Of a DNA stretch of 64,000 bases, positions 1 through 11,084 are shown in pieces; position 1 is the first letter of the stretch; the number at the start of each line of letters is the position of its first letter. Below the pieces are notes generated by a model. That model searched no databases. It saw only the letters and a list, made by a program, of their open reading frames with translations, and was not told the origin of the DNA. The translations under genes were made by a program, and so were the position numbers. The DNA is from Mycoavidus cysteinexigens (lineage in GTDB: Bacteria > Pseudomonadota > Gammaproteobacteria > Burkholderiales > Burkholderiaceae): contig JASSUJ010000001.1 of the NCBI GenBank assembly GCA_031963405.1, forward strand, positions 1,547,802-1,611,801, given 5' to 3'.

Positions 1-72
1 GCGTTTAGTTAAATAGGAACTCCAGCACAGCCCACTTTTGACGATGATGAACAGGCGCTTACAAAAAGAGCC

Positions 73-720
73 CTACATTTTTTTAGCGCGGATCTGCGCG
101 ATAAGAAAATCAAGCACCTGAATCGTGTTTTCAAAACTATTGGTCATCGCTGGCGAGGTCTCGTATTTCCCTTGCACAATAAGCGTCGGTACCCCATCAA
201 TTTTGTAGTCAGCGGCTAATTTGCTGTCTTGGCGCGCAGCGCTATCAGTTTTGAAAGCGTTATATTCTTCCAAAAATTTATCTTTACTAACGCCATATTG
301 CAGGAGGAAGTCGGCCTGTGCTTCTGGTGTTAGCAAATAATTTTTCTCAACCTGGATAGCTTCAAAAACTTTAGCAGATAGTTTTTTGGTTAGACCAAGT
401 GTATCAATCACATGGTAAAGCTTTTGATGCGTAATAAAGTCCTCTCGAAAAGCAACCGGCACCCGTTTAAAGACAACGTCAGCTTTTTGCTTTTTCGCCC
501 AGGCATTCACAATAGGCTCAAACGTGTAACAGTGTGGGCAGCCATACCAAAAAAATTCAGTCACCTCAATTTTGCCAGCAGGTACATTGGTCGGCCCAGC
601 CGCTGCCAAGATACGATAGTCAGTGCCGGCTTTAGGCGCTGCAGATGCAGCATAGACCACGTTTATTGCCAGTGCGAACAAAGCCAATAAAGTAAATAAT
701 GGACCGAGGATTTTTTTCAT
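73..720 (-). CDS. dsbA: Thiol:disulfide interchange protein DsbA
   Basis: 215-aa ORF with an N-terminal signal peptide (MKKILGPLFTLLALFALAINVVYA) and the thioredoxin-fold active site FFWYGCPHCYTFEP (CPHC). Confidence 0.9.
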   Translation of the reverse strand: MKKILGPLFTLLALFALAINVVYAASAAPKAGTDYRILAAAGPTNVPAGKIEVTEFFWYGCPHCYTFEPIVNAWAKKQKADVVFKRVPVAFREDFITHQKLYHVIDTLGLTKKLSAKVFEAIQVEKNYLLTPEAQADFLLQYGVSKDKFLEEYNAFKTDSAARQDSKLAADYKIDGVPTLIVQGKYETSPAMTNSFENTIQVLDFLIAQIRAKKM

Positions 721-1010
721 TGGTGAGCTACCTTTTCGTGGCTAAAACACTTTCAAATGCGTTACTCGAGGCTGTTTGCTTAAAAAGTATTATTTGTATT
801 CTCTTTCAGCTGTATTCGCTGAGCATCTTTTAAACGTAAGTGAAAAAGATTTTAAGGACTTGTTTAGAGTCTCCAAGAGAGTCTAAACAGACCCCCTCTT
901 CTTTACGTAGTTGTCAAATCCGGTGCGGCGCTCGAAATTCTCATATACCAAAATACATGCCGGCTTCTCCACTCCGGATGTATTTCTGAAAGACGCTAAG
1001 CAGGCTCTAA

Positions 1011-1159
1011 AGATCTGCCTACAAATCGCCTAAAAGTTCGTGTTTCGCGTATTTGCAAATGCTGGGCGATGCTTGCAACCCTGATGGTTGTCCAAAGGTT
1101 TACTCACCTAAGGGCCTCCCCCGACTGACTGCCTTTTAGACAATTTGTAGACAGGTTCT
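1011..1159. repeat. MITE/REP-like palindromic element, family B
   Basis: The left end is agatctgcctacaaatcgcctaaaag. The right end is gccttttagacaatttgtagacaggttct, its inverted complement. The core (cctcccccgactgac) is shared with copies at 29387, 32043, 59418 and 59669. The right end overlaps the stop codon of the SPOR gene. Confidence 0.7.
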
Positions 1160-1802
1160 AAGAAGCTTGCTTGCGAAAGCGAATCACAATTGAGTTAACA
1201 CCCTCTTCGGTAAGTCGTTGGCGGACGCTGTTCATCTCATCAAATTTCGCAAATGGGCCGAGGCGCACCCGGTAATACGTAAGGTCACTGCTGCTGCGTT
1301 GTGACACTTTTGATTCAAACCCTTGCAAGGCAAGGTGGGCACGTTGCTGCTCGGCGCCTGTATCGGTTTTGTAAGCGCCAACTTGTAGATAATAGCCAGT
1401 ATCGGCTGTATCAGATGGTGTCGATGGGCGTGTGCTTGGGGTAGGAGTACGCGCCACGCTTGGGGCTGATTTTTTAGGCGCTTTACGGCCTTCCTCTGGC
1501 GGTACTTCAATAATTTGCGAGTCGTCAAATTGGTCCTCTTCTTCAGCACGAGAGGCGGGGCTTAATGCAGCCGGCTTGCTCGGCACAATCAGACTAGACA
1601 AATCTCTTGCTGGTGCATTATTAGCAGATGACGTGCCAGATGCGCCAGTTGCAAGTGGCATGTGCTTTGATACTAATGGATTCGGCCCCCGCGTAATATA
1701 AAGCGCGACGATGACAGCAATCGCAAGCCCCGCAATCAATCCAATTACAAGGCCTACGAATGTTTTGCCACTTTGTTTTGAAGATTGGCGTAATTGAGTC
1801 AT
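1158..1802 (-). CDS. SPOR domain-containing protein (cell-division/peptidoglycan-binding, DedD-like)
   Basis: It has one TM helix (FVGLVIGLIAGLAIAVIVALYI), a Pro/Ser/Thr/Ala-rich linker and a C-terminal SPOR-like domain (YYLQVGAYKTDTGAEQQRAHLALQGF...YYRVRLGPFAKFDEMNSVRQRL). I chose the ATG at 1802 (MTQLRQ). The track ORF extends to 1928. Confidence 0.75.
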   Translation of the reverse strand: MTQLRQSSKQSGKTFVGLVIGLIAGLAIAVIVALYITRGPNPLVSKHMPLATGASGTSSANNAPARDLSSLIVPSKPAALSPASRAEEEDQFDDSQIIEVPPEEGRKAPKKSAPSVARTPTPSTRPSTPSDTADTGYYLQVGAYKTDTGAEQQRAHLALQGFESKVSQRSSSDLTYYRVRLGPFAKFDEMNSVRQRLTEEGVNSIVIRFRKQAS

Positions 1803-1930
1803 CTTAAATTCATCCCGAAATTTCCGAAAACTTGTTGCATAGTGAGTGGCGTACTTAAAGCTAGCCTCAATATGGTTCGATAGTGCATGGTTACGGCAAC
1901 TTCTCTCTTGTATAACGCATTCCATCAATG

Positions 1931-2052
1931 CCTAAAAAGCTGCGACTCGGAGTCAGGCAGCCCTCGGCATCCTCATGGTCGTTTTGTGCATTCTATTTCT
2001 GCATAGTTGTACTCGAATGCGAGCTTTCCTCGACTGACGCCCTTTTTTTAGC
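1931..2052. repeat. Degenerate family-B-like palindromic element
   Basis: The ends are cctaaaaagc...gactgacgccctttttttagc. The core fragments (cggcatcctcatgg, cctcgactgac) resemble family B copies. Confidence 0.4.
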
Positions 2053-2102
2053 CATTGATGAAGTGACTTCTAGTTGAGGCCATACTTTCTTATTTTCAAG
2101 CC

Positions 2103-3839
2103 CTACATCGTGAATGGGGCTGTCACGCCCAAAAGAGCCAAGCCGTTTGCAAGCACTTGACGCACTGCTGCAGCGAGCGCCACGCGTGCAGTACGTACCG
2201 TTGTGTCATCTACTAATACTCGCTCAGCATTGTAGAACGAGTGAAATTCGCGAGCGAGCTCGCGTAAGTAGAAAGCTACGCTATGCGGAGCCAGTTCGTC
2301 GGCTGCACGTGCCAGCATCATCGGATACTCGGCTAACAATTTCAGCAGCGCGACTTCATGTGCACTTGTGAGCGGCGTTACCTGAGCATGATTGAGGCTC
2401 TCTACTTCCCCTGCCCACTGTGCCAGTATCGAGCAGATACGCGCATGTGCATATTGTACGTAATAGACTGGGTTTTCATCATTGCGCTGCAAGGCAACGT
2501 CAATGTCAAAAACAAATTCCGTATCAGCTTTGCGCGACACCAAAAAGAAGCGTACCGCATCGCGTCCGCGTTGAACCATCGGCTCATCGGCTAACGCCAC
2601 TGAATCTATTTCTTTGCCGCCTGACCATTCGATCAAATCTCGCATCGTGACATAGCTACCTGCACGCTTAGAGATTTTTACGATTTCTCCGCCACGCATC
2701 ACGGTCACCATCTTATGCAGCACATAATCTGGATAATTTTTCGGAATGCCCAACTCGACTTGTTGTAAGCCAGCGCGCACCCGTGCAATGGTGCCATGAT
2801 GGTCAGACCCTTGCACATTGATGACTTTACTAAAGCCACGCTCCCACTTCGTAATGTGATACGCGATATCCGGTACGAAATAAGTATAAGAGCCGTCTGA
2901 TTTACGCATCACACGGTCTTTATCGTCGCCTTCTTCTGTGGTGCGTAGCCAAAGTGCGCCATCTTGCTCGTAACTTTTTCCCGTAGCAGCTAACGCGTTG
3001 ACCGCAGCCTCAACCCGCCCTTCGGTGTACAGCGATGATTCAAGATAGTACTGATTAAATTTGACGCCTATGGCCTGCAAATCAAGATCTTGTTCATGAC
3101 GTAAATAAGCCACCGCAAAGCAGCGAATGGCCTCCAAATTATCAATTTCGCCTGCGCCGGTAACGGCTACGTTATCAGTTGACGTAACCGTGGCATGGTT
3201 CAAATAGGCGCGTGCGATATCGGCAATATATTCCCCGTTGTAAGCCGCCTCAGGCCAAGCTGCATCGCCTGGTGTTAAACCACGAGCACGCGCTTGGACG
3301 GAGAGAGTCAGGGTCTCGATTTGCACGCCAGCGTCGTTATAGTAAAACTCACGATGGACTTGCCAGCCTTGACTCTCGAACAAATTCGAGAGGGTATCAC
3401 CCAGCACTGCTTGCCTGCCGTGACCCACATGTAATGGCCCTGTTGGGTTAGCCGAGACAAACTCGATGAGTACACGCTTGCCAAGCGCGCTATCAGTGCG
3501 GCCAAACTTTTCTTTTTCAGCCAGCACATGCGCGATGACTTCTTGCTTTGCTTGTGCAGATAAATGCAAGTTAATAAAGCCGGGGCCAGCGATTTCAGCG
3601 GCGTTGATTAATCCTTGTGCCTGCGGATGTGCCAGCACCGCATCGGCGAGCTGCTGGGCAAGTTGGCGTGGGTTAAGGCGTAATGGCTTAGCAAGCTGCA
3701 ACGCAATATTGCTGGCGACATCGCCATGTGCAACAACTTTTGGGCGTTCCAGCACAATTGGCGGCGCGTCAGCACCAGTCAGCTTGCTTACGGCATCGGA
3801 AAAAATGGATTCAAGGGTTTGTTTTTGGGCGGGTAACAT
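2103..3839 (-). CDS. argS: Arginine--tRNA ligase
   Basis: 578 aa with the class I HIGH-type motif ([12 protein letters not shown]). Length and sequence are typical of ArgS, including the C-terminal anticodon-binding region that ends ...[10 protein letters not shown]. Confidence 0.95.
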   Translation of the reverse strand: MLPAQKQTLESIFSDAVSKLTGADAPPIVLERPKVVAHGDVASNIALQLAKPLRLNPRQLAQQLADAVLAHPQAQGLINAAEIAGPGFINLHLSAQAKQEVIAHVLAEKEKFGRTDSALGKRVLIEFVSANPTGPLHVGHGRQAVLGDTLSNLFESQGWQVHREFYYNDAGVQIETLTLSVQARARGLTPGDAAWPEAAYNGEYIADIARAYLNHATVTSTDNVAVTGAGEIDNLEAIRCFAVAYLRHEQDLDLQAIGVKFNQYYLESSLYTEGRVEAAVNALAATGKSYEQDGALWLRTTEEGDDKDRVMRKSDGSYTYFVPDIAYHITKWERGFSKVINVQGSDHHGTIARVRAGLQQVELGIPKNYPDYVLHKMVTVMRGGEIVKISKRAGSYVTMRDLIEWSGGKEIDSVALADEPMVQRGRDAVRFFLVSRKADTEFVFDIDVALQRNDENPVYYVQYAHARICSILAQWAGEVESLNHAQVTPLTSAHEVALLKLLAEYPMMLARAADELAPHSVAFYLRELAREFHSFYNAERVLVDDTTVRTARVALAAAVRQVLANGLALLGVTAPFTM

Positions 3840-3925
3840 GAAATTTAAGATAAAAAGCGCTGTATTTTTGGAACAGGCTACCCTTTAAGGATGCATGTTT
3901 GAAGGTATATAGTAGGAAAGCAATA

Positions 3926-3951
3926 GTGCGTACATATCTATATGTACGCAC
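3926..3951. promoter_or_regulatory. Perfect palindrome (12-bp arms, 2-nt spacer), candidate operator
   Basis: gtgcgtacatat-ct-atatgtacgcac lies in the 164-bp divergent intergenic region between argS (start 3839) and the DUF1840-like gene (start 4004/4016). Confidence 0.4.
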
Positions 3952-4003
3952 ATGTGTATATTAGCAGCTGATAAGAAGAACACCACAGTAATGTTTTTAA
4001 AAA

Positions 4004-4345
4004 TTGGGAGTCATTGTGCTAGTTATTTTCAAATCAACCGCCGCCCCTGAAATTGTTATGTTGCAAGATCTTGCCCACTATCTATTAGGGGTAATCGGCA
4101 AGCATCTTGGCGAACGAGGTGTCATTACCCATCAGGAAATGCCCGAGGCTATGCAGCGGCTACAAGAGGCGATTGAAAACGAAAGAAAAGCAGATGCTGC
4201 ACAAATAGCGCATGTAGAGTTAGGTACGGATAATCATGACGAAAAAGAAGAGCGGCACATCAGCTTGGCGCAACGGGCTTTTCCATTGTTGGACATGATG
4301 CGTGTTGCCTACAAGCATGAAGCTGAGATTCTTTGGGGAGTTTAA
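4004..4345 (+). CDS. DUF1840-like conserved hypothetical protein
   Basis: The N-terminus (V)LVIFKSTAAPEIVMLQDLAHYLLGVIGK...GVITHQEMPEAMQRLQEAIE resembles the small DUF1840 family common in Burkholderiales. The start may be the GTG at 4016. Confidence 0.6.
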   Translation: MGVIVLVIFKSTAAPEIVMLQDLAHYLLGVIGKHLGERGVITHQEMPEAMQRLQEAIENERKADAAQIAHVELGTDNHDEKEERHISLAQRAFPLLDMMRVAYKHEAEILWGV

Positions 4346-4444
4346 AAGCCTTTAGCTTTTAAGCTGTGCACAAAATGATTTAAATTTATCTAAAACTCGG
4401 TAATTTTTATCATTTTGATTGCACAGACTTGCTTTGAACAGGTT

Positions 4445-7189
4445 TTACAATGAAGGAGCAAGTGCCCGTTGAGCCTCAGTTAACGATAGGCCGCTACGCT
4501 GCGCATAATCTTCAAGCTGGTCATGTCCAATTTTGCCGACTGAAAAATAGCAGCTTTCAGGGTGCGCTAGATAAAAGCCTGACACGCTGGCAGCAGGCAA
4601 CATGGCTAGCGATTCGGTCAGCTGCATACCAATTTCCTCACAACGCAACACGCCAAACATATCTTGTTTAACCAAATGGTCTGGGCAAGCAGGGTAGCCT
4701 GGCGCTGGCCGGATTCCTTGGTATTTTTCAGCAATGAGTTCCTTATTGCTTAAGTCTTCCTTCGCCGCATAACCCCATAATTCACGTCGCACTCGCTCGT
4801 GTAAGCATTCCGCAAATGCTTCAGCAAGACGATCAGCTAAAGCTTTAAACATCAGTGCGCTGTAATCATCTAACTTTTCTAGAAATTCATTCTCTTTAGT
4901 TTCAACGCCTAAGCCAGCAGTTACTGCGAATAAACCGATGTAATCGGCAATTCCAGTTTCTTTAGGAGCGATAAAGTCAGCCAGAGAACGATTTGGCCGC
5001 TGAATTTTTTCTCCTGCCGGACCATCAATCACCGGCCGCTCGCTTTGTTGACGCAAGTTGCGCCAAGTAAGAGCCGTTTGGGTGCGTGAAGCATCGGTGT
5101 AAATCTCGATATCATCATGGTTAACCGTATTGGCTGGTAGCAGTGTAATTACCCCATTGGCGCGTAGCCAATTGCCTTGAATTAGCTTGCTTAACATAGC
5201 TCGTGCGTCCGCATACACTCGCCGTGCTGCCTCACCTACGATTTGATCATCAAGAATGGCTGGGAACCCCCCCGCTAAATCCCATGTCTGGAAAAATGGC
5301 CCCCAGTCGATATAGTTTGCTAATTCAGTCAAGTTGTAGTTCTTGAACACGCGCCGCCCAATAAATTTAGGCTGAACAATCTGTGCGCGGGTCCAATCAA
5401 TCTGGTGCCGATTGGCGCGCGCGGCGGCCAGCGATACCATCGGTGTGGCTTTTTTCTGTGCGTGTAATTGGCGAATGCGTTCGTAATCGGTGTTTAGTTG
5501 GTCGATATAAGGCGCTGCGTTGGTAGCTGACAAAAGATTTGACACCACCGATACAGCGCGAGATGCATCGGGCACATACACGACCGGCCCCTCGTAATGC
5601 GGAGCAATTTTTACAGCGGTATGCACCCGCGATGTCGTGGCTCCTCCAATTAAAAGAGGAATTCTGCGCGTACGGAAGTACTCATCGCGTTGCATTTCCG
5701 AAGCGACATAAGCCATTTCCTCAAGGCTCGGTGTGATCAAACCTGATAGCCCAATGATGTCTGCACCCTCTTCTTTCGCCTTGGCGAGAATTTGGTTGCA
5801 TGGCACCATCACGCCCATATTGATCACTTCAAAGTTATTGCATTGCAGCACCACCGTGACGATATTTTTACCAATATCATGCACATCGCCTTTGACGGTG
5901 GCGATAACAATTTTGCCTTTCGCTCTCGCCTCGCCGCCACCACTCGCTTGCAATTGCGCTTTTTCTGCTTCGATAAAAGGCAGTAAATACGCAACTGCTT
6001 GCTTCATCACCCGCGCTGATTTCACCACTTGAGGTAAAAACATCTTCCCCGCGCCAAATAAATCGCCTACTACATTCATCCCCTCCATTAAAGGGCCTTC
6101 GATAACTTGAATCGCACGCTCAGTTTGCAAGCGAGCTTCCTCAGTATCTTCGTCAATAAAGGTAGTAATTCCATGCACGAGAGCATGCGCCAGGCGCTTT
6201 TCAACCGACTCTGTGCGCCAAGCCAGGTTGCTTTCTTGTTTCGCGCTACTGCCTTTATATTGTTCAGCGATTTCTAGTAGGCGCTCAGTTGCATTAGCTT
6301 GACCTGCTGGCTTCCGGTTGAGTACGACATCTTCGACACATTCGCGCAGTGGTGCATCGAGTTCGGCGTAAACCCCCAGCTGTCCGGCATTCACAATGCC
6401 CATGTCTAGGCCAGCTTGAATCGCGTGATAGAGGAATACCGTGTGAATAGCTTCGCGTAAGACATCATTGCCGCGAAAGGAAAAAGACACGTTCGACACG
6501 CCACCGCTGACTTTGGCATAAGGCAAATTGGCTTTAATCCAGCGCGTCGCCTCAATAAAATCGACCGCATAGTTATTATGTTCATCGATACCGGTGGCAA
6601 TCGCGAAAATATTCGGATCAAAAATAATTTCTTCAGGAGGGAAATTAAGCTCGTCCACCAGAATGCGATAACTGCGCTGACAAATCTGCGTCTTGCGTGC
6701 AAACGTATCAGCCTGCCCTTGCTCATCAAAGGCCATTACCACCACTGCGGCACCGTAGCGACGCACCAGCTTTGCCTGTTCCCTAAAAAGATCCTCACCT
6801 TCTTTCAGCGAAATTGAGTTAACAATCGCCTTGCCCTGCACACACTTTAAGCCCGCTTCGATGACTGACCATTTTGACGAATCAATCATCAATGGCACAC
6901 GCGAGATATCCGGCTCTGACGCTAGCAGATTCAAAAAGCGCACCATCGCTGCCTGTGCATCCAGCATCGCCTCGTCCATATTAATGTCGATAATCTGCGC
7001 ACCGTTTTCTACCTGTTGTCGTGCCACTGCCAGCGCTGCGTCAAATTGATCATTTAAGATCATCCGTGCAAAGGCTTTTGAGCCAGTGACGTTAGTGCGC
7101 TCACCGATATTTACAAATAAGGTGGACGCGCCAATATTTAGCGGTTCCAGGCCTGCTAAGCGCAGCGGTCGATCAAGCTCATTCATCAT
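4445..7189 (-). CDS. metH: Methionine synthase, large subunit-like part (pterin-binding, B12-binding and AdoMet-activation modules)
   Basis: 914 aa starting at the pterin-binding module ([11 protein letters not shown]). It carries the cobalamin-binding motif ([11 protein letters not shown]) and a C-terminal activation domain. The Hcy-binding module is missing and is encoded by the next ORF. Confidence 0.95.
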   Translation of the reverse strand: MMNELDRPLRLAGLEPLNIGASTLFVNIGERTNVTGSKAFARMILNDQFDAALAVARQQVENGAQIIDINMDEAMLDAQAAMVRFLNLLASEPDISRVPLMIDSSKWSVIEAGLKCVQGKAIVNSISLKEGEDLFREQAKLVRRYGAAVVVMAFDEQGQADTFARKTQICQRSYRILVDELNFPPEEIIFDPNIFAIATGIDEHNNYAVDFIEATRWIKANLPYAKVSGGVSNVSFSFRGNDVLREAIHTVFLYHAIQAGLDMGIVNAGQLGVYAELDAPLRECVEDVVLNRKPAGQANATERLLEIAEQYKGSSAKQESNLAWRTESVEKRLAHALVHGITTFIDEDTEEARLQTERAIQVIEGPLMEGMNVVGDLFGAGKMFLPQVVKSARVMKQAVAYLLPFIEAEKAQLQASGGGEARAKGKIVIATVKGDVHDIGKNIVTVVLQCNNFEVINMGVMVPCNQILAKAKEEGADIIGLSGLITPSLEEMAYVASEMQRDEYFRTRRIPLLIGGATTSRVHTAVKIAPHYEGPVVYVPDASRAVSVVSNLLSATNAAPYIDQLNTDYERIRQLHAQKKATPMVSLAAARANRHQIDWTRAQIVQPKFIGRRVFKNYNLTELANYIDWGPFFQTWDLAGGFPAILDDQIVGEAARRVYADARAMLSKLIQGNWLRANGVITLLPANTVNHDDIEIYTDASRTQTALTWRNLRQQSERPVIDGPAGEKIQRPNRSLADFIAPKETGIADYIGLFAVTAGLGVETKENEFLEKLDDYSALMFKALADRLAEAFAECLHERVRRELWGYAAKEDLSNKELIAEKYQGIRPAPGYPACPDHLVKQDMFGVLRCEEIGMQLTESLAMLPAASVSGFYLAHPESCYFSVGKIGHDQLEDYAQRSGLSLTEAQRALAPSL

Positions 7190-7337
7190 GCTGGATAAGG
7201 TAATGTTTAACGGTTAAGGCGAGCGAGTTAAAAAATGAAAGGAAGGGCTGGGTGAATCAAGAGCAGACACGCCGATGCAGACAATACGCTAATACGGTAA
7301 GCAGGTATAACGCAGCTTCTGGTTTATTTAGCTTTTC

Positions 7338-8429
7338 CTAAAACAAGGGGCGGGGCTTGATATGGGCAAGCGCTTGAGCAAGTGCCGCGATATGTTCAGG
7401 CGTAGTGCCGCAGCAGCCGCCGGCTACGTTAAGTAGGCCGGCTTGGGCAAATTCTTTCAGCAGGCTAGCAGTGACTTCGGGTGTTTCGTCAAAGCCTGTG
7501 TCAGACATGGGGTTAGGCAAACCAGCGTTCGGGTAGCATGAGATATAGCAGTCACACAATTTGGCTAATTCAGCCTGGTAAGGTCGCATCAATGCGGCAC
7601 CGAGCGCGCAATTTAATCCAAGAATGAGCGGTTGCGCATGGCGCACTGAATTCCAAAAAGCTTCCACGGTTTGCCCGGACAAAATCCGGCCAGACGCATC
7701 AGTGACTGTGCCGGAAATCATTATGGGCAAGCGCTCGCCACTGTTTTCAAATAATTCATCAAGCGCAAATAACGCTGCCTTGGCGTTGAGTGTGTCAAAA
7801 ATTGTTTCCACTAAGAAAAGATCAACGCCGCCTTGCAAGAGAGCTTCGGCTTGCTCGTAATAGGCTGTGCGCAACACATCAAAAGTGACATTGCGTGCGC
7901 CTGGGTCGTTCACATCAGGTGAAATGCTAGCGGTTTTGGGCGTTGGACCAAGTGCGCCAGCGACAAAGCGTGGTTTGTCAGGTGTTGCGTATCGGTCGCA
8001 GGCGGCGCGGGCAAGTTGTGCGGCCACTAAATTCATTTCGGATGCTAAGTCTTCTAACTGATAATCGGCTTGTGCAATGCGCGTCGCACCAAAAGTATTG
8101 GTCTCGATAATGTCTGCGCCAGCGGCCAAATATTGTTCATGAACAGCTGTAATAAGAGCCGGCTGCGTGAGCGAAAGCAACTCATGATTGCCTTTTACTT
8201 CCGTTGATAAACCCGCAAATCTTGCTCCGCGGTATTGCTCTTCCGTTAGGCGATGGCGCTGCAGCATCGTGCCCAAGGCACCATCTAAAATCACAATGCG
8301 TTCAGCCAGCAGTGCTGCCAGCGCGCCGCCGCGTGTATAAAGTTTAGGGGAAGTAGGGGTGCTGGGCGGGGTAAAGCCAACTGTGGTTGGTTCAGCGTCT
8401 ACAGAATCGACAAAATGGCTAGCATTCAT
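7338..8429 (-). CDS. metH: Homocysteine S-methyltransferase module of split methionine synthase
   Basis: 363 aa Hcy-binding domain ([10 protein letters not shown]..., Zn-ligand region GLNCALG and [11 protein letters not shown]). It lies 148 bp upstream of, and co-oriented with, the rest of metH. Confidence 0.9.
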   Translation of the reverse strand: MNASHFVDSVDAEPTTVGFTPPSTPTSPKLYTRGGALAALLAERIVILDGALGTMLQRHRLTEEQYRGARFAGLSTEVKGNHELLSLTQPALITAVHEQYLAAGADIIETNTFGATRIAQADYQLEDLASEMNLVAAQLARAACDRYATPDKPRFVAGALGPTPKTASISPDVNDPGARNVTFDVLRTAYYEQAEALLQGGVDLFLVETIFDTLNAKAALFALDELFENSGERLPIMISGTVTDASGRILSGQTVEAFWNSVRHAQPLILGLNCALGAALMRPYQAELAKLCDCYISCYPNAGLPNPMSDTGFDETPEVTASLLKEFAQAGLLNVAGGCCGTTPEHIAALAQALAHIKPRPLF

Positions 8430-8830
8430 TGCATCAAGATATAAAGCGTTATCAGTTAGGCCGGCGCTGCAAAACCGGGTGTGTCGTTATGCTTTTTTGC
8501 CCTGCAGGTTCCATTACCCGCAGGGCATGACAATTTTTGCTCGCCGTTTATTCAGCGCTTTCCTAAATGTTCAATTGAATTATCAATGACAAAGACAAAA
8601 GGCGAGCCGAGAAAGGAAACGATGCAGAAACTAGGAAAGTGCCCGGCACCCACCCATATTTGACAAAAACGCCAATCCACGGCCTGTCAGGCTGATAGAA
8701 AAGGCGCTATTAAAATAGATTGGCTTATACAGGAAAGCATTCAATAAGCCAGGGGCAAGCCGCAACAGGATAGGCAAGTCATACCACCTAGGCAATGATA
8801 GGTAATGCCCCTGGTCTATTTAGCGCTTCT

Positions 8831-9112
8831 TTAATGGAGCACAACTGGCTGGTGCATCAAGCTATCAAAGCCACCTAGGAATTCATCAACCTCTTCCTCG
8901 TTATCTTCTTGCCTGATTAACTTATGCACGCTTTTGCGAAATTGTTCAGCCATTGCTCCATTAATAAACAATTCTCGCTGTAAATGCTTCGCGACAATTT
9001 CATATCCTTCTGACTTACACGCCATATTCTCTTTGACACCTGGCGTTTTGCTGGGCGCTAAGAATTCGACAACGCAATAGTCTTCGCTATCGTAAATTAC
9101 ATTTACATGCAT
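8831..9112 (-). CDS. DUF3567-like conserved hypothetical protein
   Basis: 93 aa. The pattern YDSEDYCVVEF...GYEIVAKHLQRELFINGAMAEQFR...VDEFLGGFDSLMHQPVVLH matches my recollection of a small family conserved in Burkholderiales. Confidence 0.55.
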   Translation of the reverse strand: MHVNVIYDSEDYCVVEFLAPSKTPGVKENMACKSEGYEIVAKHLQRELFINGAMAEQFRKSVHKLIRQEDNEEEVDEFLGGFDSLMHQPVVLH

Positions 9113-9645
9113 GGCGCCACTCCTGTTGGTTGCCTTCGGTGGTTCTTATCCTCTATATAAAGCGGATTTGAGAGAATTCAATGGGTAATTTATCGCTTAT
9201 TTAAAGCGGGTATACCTTGTAAGGAAAAGAAGTGTTCAGTTTTACGAAGTTAATCACTTTTAATTTCGCTGTATTAGCCAAGAGAAGCAGCATCTATACC
9301 TCTAAGGAAACGCTGGATAAATCGAGAACAGTGTCTTGCCCCCTAATTTACTCAGCCCCTGCCTAATACGTTTGCATGGCTTTTGCTCTAATAAGGCCAT
9401 GCTATCATGACGCTTTCGACAAAGTGTGGCTGGTGCAAGAGTTTTTAAGAGACAAGCTTAAAAAGACCAAGAGGCAGTAGCACAGGATTAAAGAAGGTGG
9501 CGGACATTCTACTTCCTTATTTGTTCCTTGTAGCAACGCCGATGCTCTGGTCCCCGCTCAGTTTTGTCCCCTACGGTTAGTATTCTTCTAGCCCAGTGGG
9601 AAACAGGTTCTAACAGGCAAATAAACGCCGGCAAGAGGTAAGCAA

Positions 9646-10524
9646 ATGCAAAATATGCTTTATCCGGAACTCTACAAATCGCTCGAATCCGTTCGGTGGG
9701 ATATGGAAAAGGATATTCCATGGGATAAATTTGATGCGACACTGCTCTCCGATGAGCAAGCGGCCACCATCAAAATGAACGCGATTACCGAATGGGCCGC
9801 GTTGCCCGCCACCGAAATGTTCCTACGCGACAATCGCGAAGACAGCGATTTTTCGGCTTTTATGAGCGTATGGTTTTTTGAAGAACAAAAACATGCGCTA
9901 GTGCTGATGGAATATCTACGGCGCTTTCGGCCCGAATTTTTGCCAACGGAACAGGAACTGCATGAAGTGCGCTTTCCGTTTGATCCCGCCCCACCGCTAG
10001 AAACGCTAATGTTGCACTTCTGTGGTGAGATTCGCTTAAATCATTGGTATCGCTGCGCCGCTGAATGGCATACCGAGCCGGTCATCAAGCAAATTTACGA
10101 AACTATCTCACGCGACGAAGCACGGCATGGCGGCGCTTATTTGCGCTATATGAAAAAAGCGCTAGCGCGCTCCGGTGATATTGCGCGTGCGGCATTTGCA
10201 AAAATTGGTGTGCTCATGGCATCAGCGCGGCGCACCGATAAACCGCTACATCCCACTAACCTGCACGTTAACCGCACCCTTTTTCCGCGCGATACCGTGC
10301 AGTCCCGCCTGCCTGACCCAGAATGGCTGGAACACTGGCTTGATGAGCAAATTCGCTTTGACGCCACTTGGGAAAAAAAGGTGATCGAGCGTATTTTGCA
10401 TAATTTATCGCTGCTGTTTGAGCGTCCATTTGACACGGCGCAAGCACTTAACCGCTACCGCAAGGAAATCACGGCTCGCCTAGCGGAAAATGATGGCAAA
10501 GCGGATGAACTACAGCCGGTTTAA
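9646..10524 (+). CDS. Ferritin-like di-iron protein (acyl-ACP desaturase-like superfamily)
   Basis: 292 aa with two EExxH-type segments (FFEEQKHALV and SRDEARHGGAY), typical of ferritin-like di-iron carboxylate proteins. Confidence 0.65.
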   Translation: MQNMLYPELYKSLESVRWDMEKDIPWDKFDATLLSDEQAATIKMNAITEWAALPATEMFLRDNREDSDFSAFMSVWFFEEQKHALVLMEYLRRFRPEFLPTEQELHEVRFPFDPAPPLETLMLHFCGEIRLNHWYRCAAEWHTEPVIKQIYETISRDEARHGGAYLRYMKKALARSGDIARAAFAKIGVLMASARRTDKPLHPTNLHVNRTLFPRDTVQSRLPDPEWLEHWLDEQIRFDATWEKKVIERILHNLSLLFERPFDTAQALNRYRKEITARLAENDGKADELQPV

Positions 10525-10591
10525 TCGTACGGTGAAAGATTGCGTATTCGCTTATAACGCTCCAAACGCTGTATTTTTGCCTACTTATTAA

Positions 10592-11071
10592 ATGTCAGCT
10601 GCTTTCGAACGCAAAATTATTGACCGCGCCAGCCTCGCGGCTCGGCGCGCCTCTTTATCGGGCCCTGTGGTGTTTACCAACGGCGTCTTTGACATATTGC
10701 ATCGCGGTCATGTGACCTATCTAGACGCTGCACGTGCGCTGGGTGGTTGCCTCATTGTCGGCCTTAATACCGATGCCTCAGTACGGCAGCTTGGCAAAGG
10801 CAGCGACCGTCCGATTAACTCAGAAACAGACAGAGGCGCGCTCCTCGCCGCTCTAGAAAGCGTCGACTGGGTTGTCTGCTTTAACGAACCCACTCCCCTC
10901 GCTTTAATCCACGAACTCCACCCCGACCTACTCGTCAAAGGTGGCGACTACAACATGGACACGCTACCCGAAGCCGCGTTAGTACGCAGCTGGGCCGGCC
11001 ATGCCCTCACCATTCCATTCGAGCATCAACGGTCAACTACCGCACTGCTGCGTAAAGTACGGGAAAACTGA
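10592..11071 (+). CDS. hldC: D-glycero-beta-D-manno-heptose 1-phosphate adenylyltransferase (RfaE domain II)
   Basis: 159 aa cytidylyltransferase fold with FTNGVFDILHRGHVTYL (HxGH) and ...DLLVKGGDY. Confidence 0.85.
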   Translation: MSAAFERKIIDRASLAARRASLSGPVVFTNGVFDILHRGHVTYLDAARALGGCLIVGLNTDASVRQLGKGSDRPINSETDRGALLAALESVDWVVCFNEPTPLALIHELHPDLLVKGGDYNMDTLPEAALVRSWAGHALTIPFEHQRSTTALLRKVREN

Positions 11072-11084
11072 TCTTTTATTGGCT

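Noticed and set aside
8430-8830. Possible cobalamin or SAH riboswitch in the metH leader.
   Set aside because: I looked on the minus strand for a B12 box (AGYCMGGAGACCKGCC-like) and for the SAH-riboswitch blocks (GAGGAGCGCUGC ... AACGGCGCUCA). Only loose fragments are present (aacggcgagca, gcagcgccgg). They are in the wrong order and spacing, so I make no riboswitch call without a covariance-model scan.
9509-9742. Small intergenic ORFs as possible genes: 9509-9742, 15747-15932, 21599-21781, 45827-46024, 57888-58112, 58350-58577, 52859-53086 and 35123-35341.
   Set aside because: They have no recognisable motifs. They overlap repeat elements or the ends of real genes, have odd composition, and show no obvious ribosome-binding context. 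I treat them as non-coding.
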